Shown here: positions 1-12,513 of the stretch, piece by piece
Numbering within the stretch: position 1 is the first letter of the stretch
How the letters are laid out: every line of letters starts with the position of its first letter
Assembly: GCF_026210795.1 (NCBI RefSeq)
Contig: NC_089430.1
Location: forward strand, 2,542,001 to 2,606,000
Reading direction: 5' to 3'
Length of the DNA: 64,000 nucleotides
From: Rhizophagus irregularis
Taxonomy: Eukaryota
Made by a program: the position numbers and the translations under genes
The notes under the pieces: model-generated
Told to the model about the DNA's origin: nothing
Seen by the model: only the letters and a program-made list of their open reading frames with translations
Database searches by the model: none

Positions 1-3000
1 CCTTTCACTTTTTATGAAACGCACTAATCGCGTTCTCACTGCTCATGGATCTACGCCTGCCTATAGGGTTCGCATTGGTATTGACCAAGGCGAAGTTATC
101 TCTCCTCTTTTATGGGTTATTTATATTGATCCCTTACTTACTGTTTTAAAGAATGAGATGATGGACCCTTATGTTCTTTCTACACCGTCTTTAATTGATT
201 CTTCAAGTCCTTCTCTTGATTTGAAGATTAATAATTTAGTATTTATGGATGATTCTACTCTTATTTCCTCGTCAAAAGCTGGCATGGAATTTATGCTATC
301 CATTACTGAAGAATTTTATCAGATCAATAACACTTCCGCCAATCATAACAAATATGTGTTAATTACTAATTCGTTGCCTTTGACTTCGAATTCCGTTATA
401 TCCCCTATTACTTTTAATTTGGATTTATCCTCTTTAAATAGTGTTCCTTCCATTATTATTACCCCAATTTCCATGACAACTTCTTTTCGATTTTTAGGTG
501 TCTGGTTCAACATTAAAAGCTCCTGGGATTTTGTCAAAAAGCAACTCAAACGTGAATGCTGCTTTTTCGCTGCGACTATTCGCCCCGCAAAGCTCTCTTC
601 CAAACAAGTTGTGTATTTACACAATGCCGTTCTTATACCGAAACTTGAATACCGGATGCAAGTTACTCACTTATCTGAATCTGACTGTCACCTAATAACG
701 AGAAGTATACGATCTGTTGTAAAACATAAAGCAAACTTTTCTCGTTCTTTACCCAATTCCATTTTATTTTTGTCTCATGCCTTGGGCTTGATTAATTTGT
801 TTGCTCATCAACGACAATGTCATATTACTAATTTATTTTTAATGGCTAATTCTTCTTCTGTTTTTATTCAATCTCTTTTTATTTATAGATTGAGTTTAAT
901 TCAATATAATTTTTTGATTCCTATTTCTCCCCTTTTAATTAAAGACTGGTCTATATGGTCTTCTCTATTTTCTTTTAAGAAAGATTATATCGCATGCACT
1001 ATTGCTCTCTTGTCTTCTACTCCTTTTCGTTTGCTTCACACTCAACTATTGAAGCTTCCGAATTTGTCCTTGTTAGAAGGACGCGTTCCTTTATTTGAAT
1101 GCATGACGCCTAAAGCCTTTAAAGCCTATTTTTCCATCCTGCGTAAACGACAACTGTTTTATTTATCTCAGCTTGTTACTCCCCAAGGAACTCATTTAAT
1201 TTCCTGGAAGGCTTACTATGACAATTTGGTTGGACGACGTGGCCCTGGCCGTATCCCTTATTGGTACAAAGATATTCAACAAGCTACCACTATTCCTGAC
1301 TCTAATAATCGTTTGCTGGATCAGTTTAATTTTACGCCTACGATTGACTCTTCCTGTTATGATTTGACTCCTTGTTTATTTTCTCCTCCTACTACAAAAA
1401 ATTGGATTGTCACGTTGGACGTTTATGGTTCTCCCTTTTTTGGCAAACAACTTCTAGTCCAAGCTAGTCGTGGTACTTGTTCTATTGTTCACTGGGTTTC
1501 TCCTGATTGTGAATCCTCACCTGGTGATCTCATCAGACTTTCTTCTTGTCCTGGTTGTGCTGCTCACATTCCTCTGCCTCCTTCCAAAAAACGGAATGCT
1601 GATTTAACCCTTTGTACACCTACGGTTTCTCTACAACATTCGCTTATTCTGCCCACCACCAACGAGCGGATTAAACGTACTACTTCTGAAGTGATTTCCC
1701 CTTTTACTTGGGCTGATATAGAAGATGGTGTCCGTCTTTATTATAGTAGATCGGATTTTGATTCTGATTCTTCTTCTGCTGATACTGTTGTAGCTCCTAC
1801 TACTCCCTGTCACTATTGAATCCTCAGCTGCTGCTGTTTTTGCTAACTTCCCGTTGGTCATTTCTTCAGACTCGCGTTACATCTTTTTCACTGATGGGTC
1901 TCTTATTAATTTAGGCACTCCCGATGTTTCTATGGGCTGGTCTTGGATGCAAATAGTCCCCGATGCAGGCTTTCCCAACTCCATCGCCACTTATGCTCAC
2001 GGTCTTATTCGTGATAACCCTTTTTCTTCTCGAGCTGAAGCTGCTGCTATTTATGCTGTTTTAACTATCTCTCCTCGCGACTCTGAAGTTACAATTTATA
2101 CTGACTCACAAACTGCCATTGATGGTCTTCGAAGTTGTTTTTCCTCTATCTACTCAAATAGTCGTTTGTACTATAAAACTACAAATTTTGAACTTTGGGC
2201 CATTATTGAGCGAACCATCTTCTCTAAAAATTTGACTGTCCTTCCCGTCAAAGTTAAAGCTCATTCTGGCAATTATTTAAACGATTTTGCTGATTCCTTG
2301 GCCAATACCGCCCATACCGCGTCATCCAGTATTTTGATCTCTGGAATGGACCTGGCCTCTGCCCATGATTTTGTCTTAATTTATGACAATGATGTTGTCT
2401 GTGAATCTAATCCGCGACACCTTCTAAAACAATACTATCAAACGCAGTTAATGCGTGATTTGTTAAACTTAACGCGTTTTCACTTTATTTCTTTATTATC
2501 AACTAATATAGATTATATTGTTGACTGGGAACTTACTTGGTTCACTCTAAATTTCAAGCCCTCCCATGACGCGTCCTTTACTCCTGAGCACGCTTCAAGA
2601 CACCTAACCTTTAAATTCAAACTTTTCTTGGATGATTTGCCTATATTGGAAAAGCTTAAACGGACCCGACCAGACTTATACATGGACGAATTAACTTGCC
2701 GTTCTTGTATCGACCGCATGGAAGACCTGATGCACCTTTTTATGTGCAAAAAGCGACGTCTGCCTATACAACAAATTCTCAAATCTTATCAAAATCATTT
2801 GATTTCCAAACTTCTGGAAGCGAGCAATTTGGCTGATATTGATCCCTCTCCATTCATAGCTAAACTTACTTCTCTTTCATGCTGGTCCTTTTCATCTACA
2901 AATTGGTCCTCCTTTGCCCTTATTCGTGGTTGCTTACCCAAACTCTTCATCGACTTATTTGTTGATCTATCCGTTCCAAGAACTTCTGCGATTAAAGTTA

Positions 3001-3333
3001 TCGCTGCTATTCATAACAATTTTGTCCAGAAATTCAGAAGACGAATCTGGAATCCGCGTTCTTATGAAAAAAGTAGATGGGAAAACGCGATGAACATTAC
3101 CTATAAGTTGAAAACTACTCCGAAGCCATCTAATCTGCCATTGTTCGACGTACATACCTTACTCATCTTTACCACCTCCGACCCTACACGTTTCACGTGA
3201 CTCCGGAACCGATTGGTTGAAGAACTCGATGAAATATGGTTTGCCATGGTTTAATCACTTTTCGGGTTTTATGGGTCGTCTAACGGTGCTACTTAATAAC
3301 AGCTTTTGCAGGATGGAGTGTCGATTTTTATAG
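1..3333 (+). mobile_element. Non-LTR retrotransposon (LINE) ORF2: reverse transcriptase + RNase H + C-terminal Cys/His knuckle. 5' part lies outside the window; two frameshifts (about 1800 and about 3143).
   Basis: RT motifs QGEVISPLLW, FMDD and FRFLGV in ORF 14-1819. RNase H motifs FFTDGS, RAEAAA, YTDSQ, KVKAHSG and NDFAD, plus CRSC...EDLMHLFMC, in ORF 1854-3200 (different frame). A shifted frame continues STYIPYSSLPP...MECRFL to TAG at about 3333. Confidence 0.93.
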
Positions 3334-3800
3334 TGGGCGCGCTATTTGTTATTTTGTTAGCATAGTTACTTTTACTTTGGTTGGAATATATCAAGGGGGA
3401 AGATCTGGGGAAATTTAGTGTAATGCGATTTTTCTTTTTTAGATTAATTTTTACTTTATTTTTTCTTAGGAGACTATATAGCTTTGTTTTTAGTTAGTTT
3501 TATTTTTATCTTTTTCTTTTTATTTTTGTAAATTGTATAAGTTCGAATAATTTTAATAAAGATAAAGGCTACTATGCCACGTTTGCCTAGTTTTTGACCA
3601 GTGTAGTAAACCTTGGATGGCTGAGTAGATTACTTATAATAAAGGAGTAATCCAGTACTCTTAGCGGTTTACTGTTCTGATAATCACTGCTATTACTACT
3701 GGAAGATTTACAACTATGATAGGTTAATATGATAATCGTAGTCTGTAATGGCTTTAAATAAGACTATATTAGTAGTTCTAGTATTGCAATGCCTTTAGAC

Positions 3801-4077
3801 TAATGTTTCATATGAATCAAATCAGATCGAATCAGTTCAAATTCGAATTTGATTTAGTTGAATCAAATTTAAAAATTTTAAATTCAAATTCGAATTAAAT
3901 TATTTGAATCTGATTTAAAATTTGATTCAATTTTATTCAATTCGATTTAATTTGAGTTTGATAAGTTTGAGATTTAAATCAATTTAATTTAATTCAATTT
4001 AAAATTTGATTCAATTTAATTCAATTTGACGATTTGATTTGATTTAATGATTCGATTCAATTTAATGATTTCACTAG
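3801..4077. repeat. Degenerate 5-mer (GAATC/GATTC/AATTC/GATTT) repeat tract, possibly a decayed hAT-like MITE
   Basis: Dense gaatc/aatc units at the left and gattc/gattt units at the right; weak TAATG...CACTA termini; no convincing TSD. Confidence 0.45.
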
Positions 4078-4231
4078 TCATAAAAATGCTTCTAAAATAT
4101 ATATATATATAAAAAAAGATTTATATTAATTTTTTTTTAAAAATAATTAGTAAAATGATTGGTATAATTATTTTTATATCTTAAAGAAATGAGAAATAAA
4201 ATTTAGGTAAAAAAAAAGTTTTTTACTTCAA

Positions 4232-4349
4232 ATCACCAAGGGTGAGTATCACCGTTGGCCAGAATTATCAAATTTTACTGGCACTCTATTTTTTTAATGC
4301 TGGTCGATCGTCATAATTTCAGTCATCGGTGATCATCACCTTCGGTGAT
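4232..4349. mobile_element. About 118-bp foldback mini-element
   Basis: atcaccaagggtgagtatcaccgttggccagaattat pairs imperfectly with ataatttcagtcatcggtgatcatcaccttcggtgat. The ATCACC-N3-GGTGA core is shared with the TIR of the 7825-8390 element. Confidence 0.65.
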
Positions 4350-4422
4350 AGTTAAAAAAATTTAAAAAAAAATAGTATTTTAATAATTATTAAAATAAGT
4401 TATAAATATAATAAATAATATA

Positions 4423-5383
4423 CAGTCAACTCCCTCTATAGTCACTCCCGTTATAGTCACATTCTACTATATAGTCACACCAGTTGAATGTTCAAAACAC
4501 TTTATTATTAAAATCTATCCTATATAGTCACAATCTATCTATAGTCACTATCACACCTATCCTCAAAAATCTTATATTAAAAAGAACCGTTTATAATCAC
4601 AGTTATATAAAGAATATATTAAATAACTTGGCATCTAATAATCGTACAAAGATGTATCATAGCTTGTTAGAATCGTCTCACTGAGACGAATCGAATGGTG
4701 GTAGTTTTATCCTTTTCCGATCACTGGCTGACGAGTTATTCAACAAAATGTTAAACGTCAGCATTATAATATTTCTTGATTTACGTTTACTGCACCATTT
4801 AACATTTTGCTAGATTTCTCGGTACCTAGTGATTGTAAAAAGACGATTTATAGCTCGTTGGAATCGCCTCATCGAGACGAATCGAATGGTGGTAAGCTCA
4901 TCTCTCTGTGATCAATATTGACGGAGTTATTACTTAAAAACTATTTAATATTTTTTAATTTCGGAAATTGATCTAGTGATTGGATTTCGATGTATCTTAT
5001 ACCATTAGATTCGTCTCATCAAGACGAATCGAATGGTAGTAAGATCGTCTTTCTAGGATCAATATTGGCAGAGTTATTACACAAAAACCATTAATATTTT
5101 TTTAATTTCGGAAATTAATCTAGTGATTGGATTTCGACGTATTTTATACCATTAGAACCGTCTCATCAAGACGAATCGAATGGCGATAAGATCATCTCTC
5201 TACGATTAATATTGGCGAAGTTACGATACAATAAAGTTTTAAGTATAATTCTGGCTAAAATTATGTTAATTTTTGGCCGGAATTATGATATACAAATATA
5301 AGAAATTTTTTATATAGTCACATCTCTTTATAATCACCAAATATGGACTGTCCCAAATGTGTGACTATAAAGAGAGTTGACTG
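4423..5383. mobile_element. Tc1/mariner(pogo)-type MITE, copy 1 (961 bp)
   Basis: TIRs CAGTCAACTCCCTCTATAGTCAC / GTGACTATAAAGAGAGTTGACTG with TA on both sides. Repeated subterminal TATAGTCAC motifs. Near-identical copy at 42203-43163. Confidence 0.95.
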
Positions 5384-6113
5384 TATAATTTTTTTTTTAC
5401 AAAGTAATGCAATTTATGAATTTATTAATATATGCACAAATATAGAAATATCTGTTACATAACTAATTTATTAAAACTCTAAATTAGTTTTTCATTTATA
5501 AAATTGCTTCTATGCCTTACCATTATCTATAATATATAATTTTTATAATAAATTTAAATATATTTATTTTAGTAATAAATAGAATTGGTTTATTAAAAAA
5601 TTCTAAATTCTTAAAATAAATAATAAAAATGCAAAATAAAAGAATATAAATAATAATTTTTATAACTGAAAAAATAATAATTTTATGTGAAGATATTGCA
5701 ATATATAGAATTCCAAAAATTACTAAAACAATTCAGATTTTGTGTAACTAAACTTTGGATCATCTTACTACATCATTTTTGACTATATATTTATAGTAAC
5801 ATAAATGATATATTATATAAGTGACAAATAAAGATTAGACTATAAAAAAATTCTAAGTCATTAAGATAAATATAAATAATATGAATATGGCAGTTATATA
5901 AACAGTGACAAATAAATATCACTTTTTTAAAGTAATGTGATAAGATCATTCCTAAACTTTTAAAATGTAATATTTCAGTTAACTAATATTATTATACCTA
6001 AAAAAATAAATTATATCTCAAAATATTCATTTTATTGAGATAAATTTAACAAGTCAAAGATTATTATAATCCAATTAAAATAGCAAAATTTGAAATTTAG
6101 TAATCTTTGAAAT

Positions 6114-6634
6114 ACAACTTAAATCAACCTTCAGATAAAGCAAAAGATATACAAATAAGAAAAGCAGATTGAGTACGCAAAAGGCAATTCCAATGGTAAA
6201 GAAATCAATGGATACCTTTATAAAGAAATACATATATGAGGATTGGATCCCAATAAAGAAGAAGTTTGATAAGGTTACATTATACATAAGCAAAAAATTA
6301 CTGGAGTAATATTTTTTTTTTAAAAAAAAAAAAAAAAAAAACTTTTTAATTAATTATTTATTAGTAAATTTATTTTACTTTACTTTTATTTTTCCTTTAT
6401 TTTTCTTTCTAGTTTAATTTTGGTTTATAGTATAGTATTTTGGTTTAATTATTTTGGTTTACTTTTATTATTTAATTTTATTCTTAATTTATTTGTGATA
6501 TAATAGTTAATGTTTGATCAGACTGGCCAGGTGCTGGAAGTATCATTTACAGAATAGTTGTGATTATTATATAGTCCAAATATATTCTAATAAAATGATA
6601 CATGATTCAACATTTAAAAAAAAAAAAAAAAAAA
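6114..6634 (+). mobile_element. 5'-truncated non-LTR retro-insertion with poly(A) tail and 15-bp TSD
   Basis: TSD agtaatctttgaaat at 6099-6113 and 6635-6649; poly(A) 6616-6634; ORF remnant ...KAIPMVKKSMDTFIKKYIYEDWIPIKKKFDKVTLYISKKLLE* followed by a T-rich 3'UTR. Confidence 0.85.
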
Positions 6635-6771
6635 AGTAATCTTTGAAATTCTATTGCAACATATTTTTTTTTAGAAATTATTATATAATAAATTTGCTAA
6701 TTATTTATAATCAGAATTGGGAAAATATGGTATACAAGACAAAATTTTAGTACAGTACAGTACAGTAAATA

Positions 6772-7414
6772 CAGGACCCCAGACATCACATATATAACTC
6801 ACATTTGAGTTTTAGCAAATTCAATCAAAATTAGGTTAAATTCATAATTTTAGATAGAGCAAATTGATTGAAAATTAATTAATAGTCATAATTATGAGTT
6901 TTAGCAAATTGTATTGATTTTACAAAGTCATATTTTATATTTGAGCAAATTGGTACTTTTTTTTAAATTTAACTTATCCTTTTTTTTTAACTTTATAAAT
7001 AATATTTTTAAAAATATTAGTTTCGGGATCCGGGTTATATTTTGGCCAAAATTAAGTATAATTCCGGCCAAAATTAAGCATAATGCGGGCCAAAACCCGT
7101 CCGTTTTGTTTCGCAACTTTTTATTTTTTAATAATTATTTATTTAATTTATTATTTTTATTAATTATTATTTTATCTATAATCTACATATTTTAATTATA
7201 AAAATTGGCAGTTTAATTTATATTAATCATTCATTTTTTTATTGATAATAAAAGAAAAGATTATTAACTCATATTTTGAGTTTTAGCAAATTAGTATAGA
7301 TTTGAAATGTGATAATTTGATTTTTAGCAAATTAGGTTTATTTTAGCAGGAGCAAAAAGTACTTAAATTTATGCAGATCAGTTATGAGTTATATATGTGA
7401 TGTCTGGGGTCCTG
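6772..7414. mobile_element. MITE with perfect 30-bp TIRs
   Basis: CAGGACCCCAGACATCACATATATAACTCA (6772-6801) and its reverse complement (7385-7414); flanked by TA (TAAATA on both sides); internal TGAGTTTTAGCAAATT repeats. Confidence 0.92.
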
Positions 7415-7824
7415 TAAATACATTGTACTTAAAATTTTAAATACCATATATTTAATAATTTATATATAAAGTTACTTCAAATGCTAACTCAAATTTAATG
7501 AGCTTAATTTTATCAAAATTTAATCATTGGACCATTTAAAACTAAGGTATATATGATTAAAAATACCTCTGTAATTTATATAAAAAATGTACTTGTACCA
7601 AAAAAACTCAGTACAGTACATTTTCCAACCCTGTTTATAATCATATAATATTATAAATTTTATTTTTTGAATAAATACAGTGCAAACTTTTATATACTTA
7701 TTATACAACTTTTAAAATACATATTTTATATATTTTTTGCTTGCTTTAAAATTTTACTTATAAAACTAAAAAGAGTTATAATACTAATTTTAATTTTTAT
7801 ATATAATATAATATATTAAAAGAA

Positions 7825-8390
7825 AGGTATTGCTAAATATCACCAGTGGTGATCGTCACCACACCACTTAATTCTGGCCGAAAATTATAATTTTGGCCAG
7901 AATTAAAAAACATATCGTAAATTTTTTTTCAAAAATTTCAATTTAAATAATAAATGTGTAAAACAAACCTGAATAAATACTAATCACACTAAAATTTTGA
8001 AAATTTGACTAAAAAAAATCTTTTTTAAAACAAAAAATTGTATTTTACTTATAAAATCAAACTTTTCTATTTTTCTTAAAAACTATAATCTAAACAATAG
8101 CCTTTATAATCTAAGGCAAACTTGTTTTACCTATAAATTTACATATAGTAATGATATTTATATTATAATTAAAATAATATCTCAGTCAAAATTTTTGATG
8201 ATTGCATTCTTATGGGTGGATATAGCTCATGATAATTTGTTTGTATGGTATATAAACTTGATATCAATAAAGCATATATAAATCATTAAAAAAAAAAAAA
8301 AAAAAAAATATCTCAGTCAAAAATTTTTGAAAATTCAAAAAATATTTTACATGTGGTGACGATCACCACTGGTAATATTTAGCAATACCC
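7825..8390. mobile_element. Mutator(MULE)-type MITE with about 39-bp TIRs and 9-bp TSD
   Basis: TIR aggtattgctaaatatcaccagtggtgatcgtcaccaca vs tgtggtgacgatcaccactggtaatatttagcaataccc; TSD ttaaaagaa at 7816-7824 and 8391-8399. Confidence 0.9.
8199..8307 (+). mobile_element. Short poly(A)-tailed retroposed fragment nested inside the MULE MITE
   Basis: Duplicated target aatatctcagtcaaaa(a)tttttga at about 8176-8198 and about 8307-8330; AATAAA near 8266; A-run 8288-8308. Confidence 0.8.
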
Positions 8391-10093
8391 TTAAAAGAAT
8401 ATATTATTATATATTTATGTATAAAATAAAAAATTATACTATATATATAAAATTATATAAGATGACACAAAGTGGTAAAAAATAAAAATGGAGTTTATAT
8501 TCTGACTGAATCAGTTTTGTTAAGTTTTAAAAAAAAATTTTATATTATTACTATAGTAAGTGAAAATTTTTTAAAAATTAAAAAAAAATTCCACATATAA
8601 ATTTTTGTTTAATATAGTAATAATCATGTATTTTTTATATTTTTCCTCTAAAATTTTTAGAATTTTAATTTGAAAGTAAATAATTTTACTTCTAAAAATC
8701 ACTTTTTTTGGATTTAAACTGTGATTTGTATATAGACATTTAATTAATTTAAATAAAAAAAAAACTGTACAATATATATATATTTTTTTTGTACAATATG
8801 AAGTAAAAAAAAAAATTTTGGTTATAAGTTATTTAATTTTTATAACTAATTATACATACATTTTATTAAATTAACAAACAATTTTCTGACCTTCAATAAA
8901 ACAATCAAAAAGTTAAAAAAGAAAAAAAAGGAAAATGATAAAATTGAATAATATAAATAATAAAATAAGTTCTTTAGTAGAACAAACATTTTGTCCAGAC
9001 AAATAAATTAAAATGTTAGCAGAAATACCTTTTTTTCAGATAATATAATGTTTTAAGAATAAATCTAATTGTAATAACTTGTTATGTATCTTATTTGTAA
9101 TAACTCTAATTTTATCCAATTAAAATTTAAGTGTAAACAAAAACAAAAGATCAGTCATGTAATTAAGACAACAGAATTTTTTATATATAGTAAAAGTAGT
9201 AAAAATTATTTTTTTTTTAAAAAAAAGCATAATTTATCTTATATAAAAAATTTACTATAGAATCAGTTTTAGTTATTTTTTTAAAAAATTTTTCTGTAAA
9301 AACTCTGTAAATATGAATCTTTTATAAGATCTATTCATATAAGATTATTAATTCTAGAAATATAAGCTTTTTATGAAAAAAAAAATAAATTATAAAAATT
9401 ATAAAAAACAGATCAACTTTTTTTACAGGAATTTTATAATATCAGTATTGTATTATATATTCATAAATAATGGTCTATAGTATATATTGGAAAAGGCTTA
9501 CTTCTAAACTATATATAGCTGATAGATTTTTATTTTTTTTGTTAATTTTTTTCTGTATCACAGTCGGTAAATTGCGCCACAAACCTGACTTTCAGATATT
9601 TACCGGTAATTCTGGCCAAAATTATGAGATAATTTTTACATTACTAATGATAATTTGGTATCGCAATTCACATTTATTTCTTTTTAAATTCCATTTTTGT
9701 ATAACTTTTATATAACCATTAAAGGTTGTTATATTCAAGTTTGATAAGGAACGTGGATTAGGGTGTATAAGGAAGAAATTGATTTATGGATTCTTTTCTC
9801 GTTTTGAAAAAGGATCGTTATGATTTGCGGCTTATACTGAAGAAGAGTGTAAGAAAAGTCAGGTGATACTCTGTATACCATAATTATCGTCATACGACAA
9901 TTGCCCAGACAAAAAAAGCGCCTTTTTGGCAAAACCATAGTTTTTCTTTGTCTCAAAAATATATAACTCGAAAGTCTGTATAAAAAAGACATCACATTAG
10001 ATAGCTGAACTCACAAAAGTTTCCACTCGATATATGTAATATACAAATTATCAACTTCCTTTTTTTTGTATTTTTATTGCAGAACATTTTATA

Positions 10094-11569
10094 ATGGCTA
10101 CCAAAGCGGCATATAAGAGATTAAACAAGGAATATATAACCCTTCAGAAAGTAAGCTGTACTATCAATCATCTCATGTTTGTCTTTATATTGTATAGTAA
10201 AGTGATGTATTAATGATTTTCAACTTAAAACGTTAAGAATCCACCCCCATATTTGATGGCAAAGCCACTTGAAAGTAACATTTTGGAATGGTAACTTCTA
10301 TAAAATATTAGATCGTTAGAGATCTTATATTTCTCTTATTTTATATTGTTAATTATATACTTGCAATATGAAAGCGATTAATATAATTCATTCCTGTATA
10401 ATATTTTCTCTTTAGGCACTATGTTATTCGCGGACCTCCTGACACACCTTATCACAACGGAGAGTATCATGGTAAATTTTACAATCCCTTTGAATTATTT
10501 TTTTTTCTTATTCATTACATAATATTTACAATCATTTTTACAGGCGTGTTGTTATTCCCCGCTGAATATCCCTTTAAGCCTCCCTCAATTCGTATGACAA
10601 CACCTTCTGGTATTTTTCATTTGCATCATAATTATTTATAAAATAATTCTAAACAATTTCGTAAAGTATATTAAATTGATTTATTCATTTAGGTCGATTT
10701 CAGCCAGACACTAGGTTATGTTTATCTATGTCAGATTTTCATCCAAGTACTTGGAATCCTAGCTGGAGTGTTGCTACTATATTGACTGGGTTGTTAAGTT
10801 TTATGGTGTTGTATTATTATTATTCCTCAGAAATTGCTTTGTAAAATATTAATTTAGTAGATATTAACCTTGGGCGAAACTGTATTTTGAAAATTTAGAC
10901 TAGTAATGAAGCTACTACAGGGAGTATCAAGACGACGGATGCTGACAAAAGAATATATGCTTCACGATCACATCAATTCAATTTGAACGATTCAAAATTT
11001 AAAGGTACGTACGTAACCAAAAATTATAAAGTATGAAAAGTAAATTCTATAGATGCTCTTGTATTTAGTTATTTTGGAAATTTTTTCTATAATTAGAAAT
11101 TTTTCCCGAACTTTGTGTCCCAGAATGTGTACCTGTTGAAGTTCTTTACCCAATTAATAAGTCATCGTCGTCATCAAGCGATGACACCACAACTGTTTGT
11201 AATGATGCCTTACAAACCGATAAACATGCCCTTCAGACAGTAAGACGAAATGAGGCAAATCAACAAGGACCCTTAGTGGATGGTATAAATCAAATTCAAC
11301 AACGCAGACCCAATAACCGTAGTGAAAACCCTCTGCGGGGTATTGTTGCAGGTGGAAATCTTGCTGAAAATGCTAATAGAGCAAATGGCAGTAATAATAA
11401 TCCGCAAAGTAATACTAATAATAACAACAATGTTGCGGGTCAACGAGGAATTTTCGATCAATGGCGTAAATGGATAATAGTATCTTTGGTATGTCTTTAC
11501 CTTGTCATAACAAAATTGTTAGCTCGAAGTACAGTTTCGGGCAGCCCTGGAGGAGAACCTAGTATGTGA
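10094..11569 (+). CDS. UBC6: ER tail-anchored ubiquitin-conjugating enzyme E2 (Ubc6/UBE2J), multi-exon
   Basis: Spliced translation [14 protein letters not shown]...[20 protein letters not shown]...[39 protein letters not shown]-terminal [15 protein letters not shown]. Confidence 0.96.
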
Positions 11570-12513
11570 TAGAGAAATCTCAGTTCAACTTGGTGATTTG
11601 CTATCTGATTTAAAAGGTAATTTTGGTGAAAATTAATAGGTAAAAAAGTGAAAAAAAGAGGAAAATTTATAGTTGCGATACATTTGTAATTGTTTTCATT
11701 TCGTATTATTAAATAACAGAAGAAAGCGACAGTTTTCTTTCCTTTTGTCATAATTGACGACAAATGATTAAATCGACTATATTTTTACAACATTTTAGGG
11801 GGGCGGGATCAAAGAATATAATATACTTTTTAGCAAAAAGGTTATCTATCATTATGTAAAAAGAAAAATATTATTTGTATTTTCATCTTATTTTATTTTG
11901 GCGTTACATTAAGAAAACTAGATATAATTTTACGTGTATAATCATTTGACATAATAGACGTCATTGTACGAAAAGTTGGCCTTTTATTCTACAATGATTT
12001 TGTTTATTCTACTTAAAAAATTTTTGTTGATCAACTTAATGGGATTACCTTTGATTAATTTTGGTTAACAATTTCCATTATAAGAATAACCCTAGCATAA
12101 AATGAATTGCAAGAATTTGGCAATCATAAACAGCACTACTTGTTGACGTATTATTGTTAAAGATCTAATTAACCCCTTAAATATTTTGACAGTATATTTA
12201 TTTAATGAGTATATTAGTATATTAAATGGCGGTTATGAAATATCGGAATATCGGTGGTGGCGGATATTTTAATACTTAAAGGGTAATCTTAATAATTCGA
12301 CTATTTTTAGAGATGAATGAATATAAAAAAAAACGTGTTCTAAACAGCTTACATTGGTGTAACAAATATAATGCATACGAAATTAGCATTATAAGATATA
12401 TATATGAATCGAATTTTTCGTCTTTATGTTCTATACGTACGCTTTTTCGATTTTCTTTTTTTTTCGTGTTCCTTACTTTTTTTAAAAAAAATTTTCTTTT
12501 CATTCTTTACAAA

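Noticed and set aside
4484..4684. 66-aa ORF duplicated at 42264-42464
   Set aside because: TTG start, lies in MITE subterminal repeats, no protein motif; the identity simply reflects the duplication.
4624..5225. CRISPR-like reading of the hairpin array
   Set aside because: The sequences between hairpins are homologous to each other rather than unique spacers. There are no cas genes and the context is a eukaryotic MITE.
12313..12513. N-terminal part of the 126-aa ORF as real coding sequence
   Set aside because: Low-complexity T/A-run promoter-like sequence; only its last portion matches the conserved domain.
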